From Myxococcota bacterium (GTDB lineage: Bacteria; Myxococcota; XYA12-FULL-58-9; JABJBS01): a stretch of DNA of 64,000 bases. Both the position numbers and the translations under genes were made by a program. A model generated the notes under the pieces. The model had not been told where the DNA came from, did no database searches, and was given only the letters and a program-made list of their open reading frames with translations. Location of the stretch: contig JAYZAY010000073.1 of NCBI GenBank assembly GCA_036339465.1, positions 1 to 64,000 on the forward strand, in the 5' to 3' direction. Each line of letters opens with the position of its first letter. The stretch's first letter is position 1. Shown here in pieces: positions 31,021 through 38,988 of the stretch.

Positions 31021-31309
31021 ACCCTCCCCCCTTGTTTTGCTACTTCTGTTGTGGATCTTCCCAAGACATCCTCGCCGGTCAATTGCTTCAACCCCAGGTC
31101 GTCGTATCCCAAACCCGTCCATAAAAACTGGCCTGCTGCCCAAAGGCCCGACAAGGGAAAATAATCTTTCATGAGCGGTGAAGCAAAAAGCCCCACAACC
31201 ACCCGTGAAAGGTCAAAAAACAGTGACTTCTACCAAGGGATCTACATTCATATAAAGACCTCCCGCTGCCCCCCATGTCATCATCCAAATCGCAGCGTTC
31301 TTTTTATCC

Positions 31310-32524
31310 TCACCGTGGTCGCGTGGGAGGCCCCAATCCATAGGTCGCTTCCATCACGGCAGCATCTTCATCACGGGCCGATTCACCTGCCAATTCAGAA
31401 TCGGCCGTTTCGGCTTCTCCTGGCAACATCATATCGAGCATCCAACCCGGATCGGCATCAACCTCAACCTGAGGTGACCCCACCGGACGCGATGGTTTAG
31501 TCACCTCTGCGGGGTCCATTTCTTGGGTAGAGACCGGCACATCAGTCGTCTCAAAATGCCCAACAACATCTTCTTCGTTATGTCCTAAGCAGCTCTCACC
31601 CAAATCCTCACCGAATTCATCAGGACCATCCTCTAACGGAATCCCCATGGTCTCGAAAGCTTCTAATTCTCCTGCAAGCTCCCAAAAACCCGCCGCCGCC
31701 AAAGCGGGAATACAGTCTGGCTCATTGACATGCTCCAAGTAAGCTCCATGCTCCTCAATCTGCCTCAAAAACACGGTATTGATACCAACTTCACCGGCCA
31801 AACTGGTTTTCAATTCAACAATTTCACTCACCACAAAGCTATCGCCATCACGGCAGACAAAAACAGCGACTTCAAATTGCCCAATGGGGTGATGCCCGGA
31901 AAGACCGTTGCCTCCCACAAGCTTCTCTAAACGCAGCGCTCCCTGCCGAATACTCGCACCCGGCTGAAAGACCACCATACCGCATTTACGCCACAAGCCA
32001 GAATCCAGGGAAACATCCTCAACTTTTGGCACCAAAACGCGACTTCCGGATGGTAAGCCGTCGACCCCACCGATAACCGGACTTGAATCATCAAGCCGAA
32101 AACCCTCACCCACCCATTGAACCCGAAGTGTCTCGTTATCAGAAAGAGCCATAATAACCGATGCATCTTTTTCCCAAGGGGCAACCACCAAAATGTTCTT
32201 TCCCAAAGCACCTACCGCGGACAAAAAACGACCGGCTAACTCAGACAGGACACCGTGACCCACCGCCACAGCGAGGCCATCGGGACAAAATATTTCGCCG
32301 CGTCCCCAAACCCGTAACGAATCCTCATTACCGCCAAGTTCCTGCCAATCATGGTCGGAGAGCCAGAGAGCAAGCTGCTCGCCCAGGGTGTCGTCCAGTG
32401 GGCTTCTATGGACACATTCTCCAGACGGGGAATAGAGCGACAGCTCTAGGCCATTTAAGAGCGCCGTTTCCACCGTGGGGCTCATCAGTAATGCACACCA
32501 TTGCTCAAAAGAAATCACTTCCAT
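31310..32524 (-). CDS. Degenerate CpaF/TadA-like protein (no Walker A) with acidic C-terminal tail
   Basis: LLMSPTVETALLNG, GVLSELAGRFL...KNILVV and VSEIVEL resemble CpaF segments; the P-loop position reads APWEKDAS. Confidence 0.5.
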   Translation of the reverse strand: MEVISFEQWCALLMSPTVETALLNGLELSLYSPSGECVHRSPLDDTLGEQLALWLSDHDWQELGGNEDSLRVWGRGEIFCPDGLAVAVGHGVLSELAGRFLSAVGALGKNILVVAPWEKDASVIMALSDNETLRVQWVGEGFRLDDSSPVIGGVDGLPSGSRVLVPKVEDVSLDSGLWRKCGMVVFQPGASIRQGALRLEKLVGGNGLSGHHPIGQFEVAVFVCRDGDSFVVSEIVELKTSLAGEVGINTVFLRQIEEHGAYLEHVNEPDCIPALAAAGFWELAGELEAFETMGIPLEDGPDEFGEDLGESCLGHNEEDVVGHFETTDVPVSTQEMDPAEVTKPSRPVGSPQVEVDADPGWMLDMMLPGEAETADSELAGESARDEDAAVMEATYGLGPPTRPR

Positions 32525-32536
32525 TTCTCCTCACCC

Positions 32537-32992
32537 CTAGAGACGACGGTCAACCAATGCAGCAACACGCTGTCGGTCTTTCATCACAGATTGAAATAAG
32601 TCGGAATCAAGACCCAGCACCCCACCAGACCAAACACGGTCCGGATCTGGATGAATCTCCACCATAACGCCGACCGCTCCTTTGCCCATGGGCCTTACCC
32701 CTTGGGCAACCCCGATACCATGCGAAGCATCCACAAGCGCCGGTAAATGGGGAAGTTCTTTAAACATCACCACTGCATTTAGACCCACTGCATTTAGACC
32801 CACTGCATTTAGACCCACTGCATTTAGACCCACTGCATTTAGACCCACTGCATTTAGACCCACTGCATTCAGGGGCATGGTCTCAAAGGTTCGGATGCCC
32901 CGTGGATCGGAAGTAAATCCAAGCCCTTCAATTCTCTCTTCTACCTGGCCAACTTCCTGGGGAGGCGCCTCTTGTCTCATCCAGACGAACAC
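32537..32992 (-). pseudogene. aroF: Internally deleted class I-beta DAHP synthase remnant (frame still open)
   Basis: N-terminal QVEERIEGLGF joined directly to RGIRTFET...LNAV..FKELPHLPALVDASHG...MVEIHPDP; KPR(S/T) core missing. Confidence 0.75.
32771..32869. repeat. 15-bp tandem repeat CACTGCATTTAGACC x6 plus a 9-bp partial copy
   Basis: Perfect units at 32771, 32786, 32801, 32816, 32831 and 32846; encodes (GLNAV)n on the minus strand. Confidence 0.98.
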
Positions 32993-33156
32993 GATGTACC
33001 TCTTCTCAAGTGGGGCTTGCCTATGCCAAAATCTAAGCCCAGTGCAACCGCTCCCACCAAAGCATAAGCAAAAAATTGAACTTTTGTCTCTAGAATGAGT
33101 AAATCTCTTGGCATAGAGTGTCCCACGTATAAATATAGATATGGGAGCGTAGATAT

Positions 33157-33441
33157 ATGCTAGACCGGCTACTTCGGTTCTACCTTCAACTAAATTATCC
33201 AGTGACAGTCATGGAAAACGATGACTACTTCACCGTTAGCCATCCAGACCTCCCTGGCTGTGAAGTGACAGACCATTCTCTCGCAGAGTGCTACCAACAA
33301 ATCTACGATCTCCGACATTTATGGCTAAAGAAACACCTTGAAGCGGGAGCTCCCGTCCCTACTCCGGGATCCTACAAGAGTGGGTCAATTCATCGTACGA
33401 AGTCCTGGAAGCAAGTCGCGGAAGATAAAGCAAGGTCATAA
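33157..33441 (+). CDS. HicB-like antitoxin-fold protein (short, no DNA-binding domain)
   Basis: YPVTV...FTVSHPDLPGC...LWL...GAPVPTP. Confidence 0.75.
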   Translation: MLDRLLRFYLQLNYPVTVMENDDYFTVSHPDLPGCEVTDHSLAECYQQIYDLRHLWLKKHLEAGAPVPTPGSYKSGSIHRTKSWKQVAEDKARS

Positions 33442-33447
33442 GGCGAC

Positions 33448-35499
33448 ATGTCGGTATCGATTACAAGCGCAATTCTCGCGGCATTTGTCGCCGTAGCGGC
33501 GACCATTGGTATCTTGTTCAACCGTCCCCACAGACGTATTCACCTTCGTTTTGCAGCCGTGACCTTCACCTTATTTGTTTGGCATGCTGGGGGACTCTTG
33601 GGACGATTAACGGGAACGTCGACCCCGGTCATCCAAATGACAGCGGGCTTGGTACTCCCCCCGCTCATGCTGCTCTTCTTCGCCGAACTCGTAGGTCACC
33701 GCGGCATCCAAAAACGTGTCATTTTCGTAACTTGCTTAGCCGCGTTGGTCATCGCCGGAACCATTTTTCTTGAAGTGCAACCCTCCCTTATCTCCGACTA
33801 TCTAATCGGCCCACTCAACCTAATCTGCGCGTTTTTTATCGTCCGAAGCCTACAGCAACACCGCCACCGAGCCAAAAGCCAAACGGAACAATCAAGACTC
33901 TCCTATCTTTATTATGGGGCCATCGTCGTCCTCGCCGTTGAAACACTTGAATGGTTGGCCTCGTCCGAGGGTCTAAGCGCTGTCGGCTATGTACTAGAAA
34001 CGATTTATGTTTACTTCCTCTATCAAAGCATCGTCGCCCAACGTTTTATCAACATGGTGGAAGTCATCAGTAAGGCTGCCGTACTAACGGTGCTTACTTT
34101 ACTTCTCTCAGCCATCTACACCCTGTTGGTGTTATGGATAGGCGTTGAACAACAGGGCCTATGGTTTTTTCACACCATCGTCGCGAGTTTTGTCATTCTC
34201 ATCCTCTACGACCCAGTCCGGCCTTGGATAGAAAAGACGACGGCTCGATTGTGGCTCCGGCATGAATACGACCTGCTTTCCATCGCACAAAACATCGTGC
34301 GAAGCCTCCGGAAAGCAATTCGCGTGGATTCAGTTGCCGACGCCACCCTATCACCGCTTTATAAAAACCTCATTGCGCAGCGTTGCGCAATGTATCTCCG
34401 TGGGGAATCCCCACGGTCATTTCGCCTCCACTCCTACGAGGGAACTCAACCGCCCCAAGAACTCTCCGCCGTCAGTCAACCCGCCTTATTTGGCGACCTT
34501 GAAAGTTACCGCCGCCCACTCTTTCTCGAAGATTTGGAATACCGACAAAACCAGCTCCCTGACGAGCTCACTCAAAATGAATCTTTACGCAATCAAGAAG
34601 CAACCCGTCTGCAGCGCGCCATCAGTGCTTTTTCCGAAATTGGCTTCAACGCAATACTCCCATGTACTTCCGGCAACGAAGTGGTCGCCATTCTGGCATT
34701 GGGCGGAACCAACTATCCCTATCAGTTTTCCAGCAATGAAATGCGGGCACTCCATTCTATCGCTGAAGCCACCGCCATCGCCCTTGAGAATTCAAGGGAA
34801 TTCGAACGGCGGAGAGAGAGGGACCGCCTCGTCGAGATAGGCGAGATGTCCACGGGGCTAGCCCACGAAATCCGCAATCCCTTAGGTGCTATCAAGGGGG
34901 CTGTTCAGTGTATTCACTCAGAAGCCCTACCGAAAAATCAACAAGAGTTCTTTCACGTCATCATCGAAGAAGTCGACCGCCTTAGTGGGGTTGTTACCGC
35001 CTTCCTAAACTATGCACGCCCCTACCACGGAGACCCTCAAACCATCGACCTCAACCAAACCATTCAACAAACACTAAGACTCCTCCAACATGATCAAAGC
35101 CCCCCCGAAGTTCGGCTCACCCAGGATTTACAACCCAAACTACCCTTAGTTCAATTCGACCCCGAACAACTACGCCAAGTTCTCTTGAATCTCATTCGAA
35201 ACGCTTTCGAATCCCTCACACAAGGGGGAGAAGTCACCGTCTCCACTCAAGTCAGGTACCACCCGCCCGAACAAAAACTTGTGGTCATATCCATTAAGGA
35301 TACCGGCTCAGGTATTCCACGAAATATCATTGATAAGATATTCGTACCATTTTATACCACCAAAGCCCACGGCACTGGCTTAGGCTTGCCTATATCTCAG
35401 CGAATTTTAGAACAAGCTGGGGGACGCCTGACTGTTAATTCAGTGGCCGGGATAGGAACGACCTTTGCGATTCATTTACCAGCAATTAAAGAAACCTAG
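33448..35499 (+). CDS. Polytopic membrane sensor histidine kinase with GAF-like domain
   Basis: About 8 N-terminal TM, GLAHEIRNPL, QVLLNLIRNA, DTGSG, FYTTK, GTGLGL. Confidence 0.92.
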   Translation: MSVSITSAILAAFVAVAATIGILFNRPHRRIHLRFAAVTFTLFVWHAGGLLGRLTGTSTPVIQMTAGLVLPPLMLLFFAELVGHRGIQKRVIFVTCLAALVIAGTIFLEVQPSLISDYLIGPLNLICAFFIVRSLQQHRHRAKSQTEQSRLSYLYYGAIVVLAVETLEWLASSEGLSAVGYVLETIYVYFLYQSIVAQRFINMVEVISKAAVLTVLTLLLSAIYTLLVLWIGVEQQGLWFFHTIVASFVILILYDPVRPWIEKTTARLWLRHEYDLLSIAQNIVRSLRKAIRVDSVADATLSPLYKNLIAQRCAMYLRGESPRSFRLHSYEGTQPPQELSAVSQPALFGDLESYRRPLFLEDLEYRQNQLPDELTQNESLRNQEATRLQRAISAFSEIGFNAILPCTSGNEVVAILALGGTNYPYQFSSNEMRALHSIAEATAIALENSREFERRRERDRLVEIGEMSTGLAHEIRNPLGAIKGAVQCIHSEALPKNQQEFFHVIIEEVDRLSGVVTAFLNYARPYHGDPQTIDLNQTIQQTLRLLQHDQSPPEVRLTQDLQPKLPLVQFDPEQLRQVLLNLIRNAFESLTQGGEVTVSTQVRYHPPEQKLVVISIKDTGSGIPRNIIDKIFVPFYTTKAHGTGLGLPISQRILEQAGGRLTVNSVAGIGTTFAIHLPAIKET

Positions 35500-35507
35500 A
35501 GATCATT

Positions 35508-36692
35508 GTGACCCATAAAAAGAAACAACAATTAAACATTTCCTGCATGCTCTTCTTAGCCTCTTTGGGCCTAGGCCTCACCCCCCATCAAGACGATGAC
35601 CTAGACATCATCACCCTAAATGTCGGTCAGGCCGACGCCACCCTATTTCACGCCAACGGCACAACTCTACTGCTCGACACCGGCGCCCCTCTCGAAGAGC
35701 CCGAACGCTTAGGCTATCGTCTCCTCCCGGTTCTAGAAAAACTCACAGGCAAACGACATCTAGATTACGTATTGATTACCCACTTCCACGCCGATCACAT
35801 TGGTAATCCTGGGCGCATACGTTCTAGGAAACCTAAGCAAGCTGGCCTCTTTCAATTGGTCAATCAACTCGGCGTCACCGTAGGAACCGTTTTGGAGCGA
35901 GGTTCCTGGAATCTCAGCACCCCCACCACAACAGAAACCCACTACCGACGACATCTCAAGCACTGGCTGAAAAACGAGCAAGTAGAATCGGTGCGTATCG
36001 TCAATTCAGGAGACTCCATCACCCTCGGTCGGTCCACAAAAATCAGGATCATTTCGTCTTCCGGCAATGGTTATCTCGACAAGTTGGCTCGAGCATTTCC
36101 TGATCTCAAAAACGAATACCCGCCCAGCGAAAATGATTATTCCGTATCGGTGAAAGTCGAGCACGGCGATTTTGAGTTTTTTGCTGGCGGTGATTTAAGT
36201 GGTCAAAATGTCCTAAGGCATTTTGGCCCGGTGGGCATAAGTTACGTAGACATGGAATCTCATATCGCTGATCGAATCGGTGATATCGAAGTCTATAGGG
36301 TGAATCATCATGGCTCGAAAAACAGCTCCAACCCCTGTTTTCTAGAAAAAATCCGGCCCGAGGTCTCCCTGATTTCTTCTGGCAATCATAATCGATACGA
36401 CCATCCGGACGTCAATGTCTTTTTCAGACTTAAAAACTTCGGCGATGTTTTTATTACCGATGGAGCAGGCAAAAGCATGCAAGCATTTCCGCGTTCCCTA
36501 GACCAGGCCGTGGTCGGAGATGATATTTGGATCAAGGTACAAAAAGGCGCCAGCAGCTTTCTTGTAAACGACCGCCCCTATCCCATTAAAAAAGAATCGG
36601 ATGAACTCCAACCTTCAGAGCTACCCTGTCACGACCTTGAGCTTAAGCGATTCACCACCGAAGTCATCACCGATCCTCGACCGCACGATTGA
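35508..36692 (+). CDS. Exported ComEC/Rec2-type metallo-beta-lactamase-fold hydrolase (probable nuclease)
   Basis: NVGQADA, LLDTG, THFHADHIG, ENDYS, GDL, HHGS, ISSG...YDHP; hydrophobic N-terminus; no ComEC membrane domain. Confidence 0.82.
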   Translation: MTHKKKQQLNISCMLFLASLGLGLTPHQDDDLDIITLNVGQADATLFHANGTTLLLDTGAPLEEPERLGYRLLPVLEKLTGKRHLDYVLITHFHADHIGNPGRIRSRKPKQAGLFQLVNQLGVTVGTVLERGSWNLSTPTTTETHYRRHLKHWLKNEQVESVRIVNSGDSITLGRSTKIRIISSSGNGYLDKLARAFPDLKNEYPPSENDYSVSVKVEHGDFEFFAGGDLSGQNVLRHFGPVGISYVDMESHIADRIGDIEVYRVNHHGSKNSSNPCFLEKIRPEVSLISSGNHNRYDHPDVNVFFRLKNFGDVFITDGAGKSMQAFPRSLDQAVVGDDIWIKVQKGASSFLVNDRPYPIKKESDELQPSELPCHDLELKRFTTEVITDPRPHD

Positions 36693-36705
36693 GCTTCAAA
36701 ACGCC

Positions 36706-38973
36706 CTAAAACATCCATTTCCCTACCAGCTTTCCATAATGGCCCGTCTGCTGCCTTGGAGTTTCGCTTTCGTGTAGATGATACAAACCATATTTAACGT
36801 CCACGGCCCAGTTATCACCAATCTTCTGACTCAAACCGAGATAACCTGAAAAAGCGGGGACCTCTGCCAATCCATCATCTGCCGTGGTTAGCCTATCGGT
36901 CCCTAAATGCAAACGTGCGCGTATGGATAGTCTGGCGCCCTCCCATCCCTTCATCGATGACCTCAAGACCAAGAATTGGGAGAAACTATAACTCTCTGAG
37001 TTATTCTTAACATCCTGTAAAACCGCTCGATAATATGCACCCATAGACACCCCCGGTAACCGCTTGCTCCCCAGTCCTACCCCTAAGGTGTGCTTCTCTC
37101 CTCCGCCAAGATCGCAGCCGTTGTCGGACTCCAAATCAGAGGCTTCAAGGGTAAATGAGTCACAACTGCCGTAGCTTTGTTCACGCCCCCTTTTAGACAA
37201 GTCGTTATCCGAAAACCTATATTTGACGTTGGCCGTCTCCTTACGCGTCAGTTCCAGCGTAGCACCCTGGGACAATCTCAAGTTCCAGGCATCGTTACGC
37301 ACCCAACTGATGTTCCCACTCCACCCAACGAGAGGCCGCCACGGTAGGGTAAAAAGCTCCAATTGGGTCGATAATTTAATGCGTTGCACCAATGAAAGAT
37401 GACTCTCCAGCTTAATACCCAATTCATTGCGCCTACGGGAGCCTAGCGTTTCTGCCGCCGCCGCTTCGCTCCCACCAAATGGATTGTCAAAATCACGACC
37501 ATACCAACGAAAGGACATGGTCGTATCCCAATTATCCAACCAATAAGCGATGACACGAGAAAAAATCGCCTCGTTACCGCCATCGTCAAAAGCGAGTGCA
37601 CTACTCAGCTCAAAATCACCCACGGCCCAATGGACGCGTAAACCTGCACTGCCAAAAACGCTTCGTCTCGGTAGCTTAGAAGACAGAGCAAACCTCGCCG
37701 CACCGGGACTTCCCACCAAAAAACCCGTCTGTCCTCGGTAAATGGTGGCATCAACTCGAAAGTCATCATAATAGGAATAGCGAACATTCGCCCCAGTCAG
37801 AAAAAGGCTGTAGACATCACGTAGTGTAAGCCAAGAGTGCGTTTTACCACTCACCTCTGAATCCACAACCTTGGTACTACGACATACTCCTTCCACACCA
37901 CAGGTGTAACCAAATGGACAGTCGCTGTTGCCAAAACACGCCCTGTAAGCAGATGCATCTTCGCAGGATGCCAAGTTGTCATCACAGCCGGCCGCAAATT
38001 CATCAACGCCGTATTCCATATCATATTGATAGAGGTCTTTATGGTCATAGGAAGCGAATAGGGTCGTATCCATAAGCCCCCCTAAGGCGGACATTCCATT
38101 AAACGTCGCAGCCACACCTAATAACCCCGCATCGGGATTACGAAGTCGGCCATTGACAAAATCAACGGTTTGGGGCCTTGGGCGGTAAAATCCAACCGGA
38201 AACGCCTTGGGGGTCGTGTCGAAAACAAGTCGGTCTCCAAAACCAGCTTCAAAAGACCCTAAAATAAAACTCCCGCGATTCCAGCGATATTCTGCATACG
38301 CCTGCCCAAAATCAAACTTGTTTTTTAATCCATCGGAAGCGAGGAGGGCTGAACTCCAGTCCCACCAGGCATCAGCGACTGGCCGAACGTTAAAAAGCGT
38401 ACCCACATTGATATTTTCTTCATAACGAATGTCCACCCCTAAGAAAGAACCCGGTGGATATTGCAAAGACCGAACAGTGGTTCCCGCAGGAACTTTGTCT
38501 AAAAAGGCCCCTCCGACCATTCCCGTCTTGACCTCTCCGTGTAACTCAAAATCAACGGTGCGACCCACAAACTCGTCGGATTGCCCCAACATAACGAAAG
38601 GCCGCAACTGTAAAATAGCGCCATGGGGCAAAACAGGCACCCTCGTTTCTAGCTCCTCTAAGCTTTTAAACACGCCTCCCCTTGAGCGTTCAGCGACAAT
38701 CTCTTGGGCCAAACCAAAGCCAAGTCCGGGTAAATCATAAAGCAAGAGCGCATCAGCCCGATTCAGAGGAATCGGCCGTTGGCACATGCGAAGTAAATTT
38801 TGGTAGGCGTCCTCCTCTAGATCCCCACCATTGAGACACTCATCTAGATCATCACAGTCTTGAACGAGCAAATAGACGCCGTAATCTCGGGCCCAAGCCC
38901 GCTCGCTTTGAAGCCCCAGGAGAACGACGCAGATCATCCATGTCGAGAAGACTTTCAACCGACCCATCGCCAT
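36706..38973 (-). CDS. Exported ComEA-type helix-hairpin-helix protein with probable outer-membrane beta-barrel
   Basis: Signal peptide ending AWA; PIPLNRAD...LPGLGFGLAQEIVAER..GG.FKSLEEL; amphipathic beta-strands; C-terminus GKLVGKWMF. Confidence 0.75.
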   Translation of the reverse strand: MAMGRLKVFSTWMICVVLLGLQSERAWARDYGVYLLVQDCDDLDECLNGGDLEEDAYQNLLRMCQRPIPLNRADALLLYDLPGLGFGLAQEIVAERSRGGVFKSLEELETRVPVLPHGAILQLRPFVMLGQSDEFVGRTVDFELHGEVKTGMVGGAFLDKVPAGTTVRSLQYPPGSFLGVDIRYEENINVGTLFNVRPVADAWWDWSSALLASDGLKNKFDFGQAYAEYRWNRGSFILGSFEAGFGDRLVFDTTPKAFPVGFYRPRPQTVDFVNGRLRNPDAGLLGVAATFNGMSALGGLMDTTLFASYDHKDLYQYDMEYGVDEFAAGCDDNLASCEDASAYRACFGNSDCPFGYTCGVEGVCRSTKVVDSEVSGKTHSWLTLRDVYSLFLTGANVRYSYYDDFRVDATIYRGQTGFLVGSPGAARFALSSKLPRRSVFGSAGLRVHWAVGDFELSSALAFDDGGNEAIFSRVIAYWLDNWDTTMSFRWYGRDFDNPFGGSEAAAAETLGSRRRNELGIKLESHLSLVQRIKLSTQLELFTLPWRPLVGWSGNISWVRNDAWNLRLSQGATLELTRKETANVKYRFSDNDLSKRGREQSYGSCDSFTLEASDLESDNGCDLGGGEKHTLGVGLGSKRLPGVSMGAYYRAVLQDVKNNSESYSFSQFLVLRSSMKGWEGARLSIRARLHLGTDRLTTADDGLAEVPAFSGYLGLSQKIGDNWAVDVKYGLYHLHESETPRQQTGHYGKLVGKWMF

Positions 38974-38988
38974 CCACCTTTCTTATTA

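Noticed and set aside
32771..32869. Repeat array as a possible CRISPR
   Set aside because: Head-to-tail 15-bp units with no spacers, and no cas genes in the window
35508..36692. Full ComEC competence channel or antibiotic beta-lactamase
   Set aside because: No multi-TM competence domain; motifs match the ComEC-type MBL domain only
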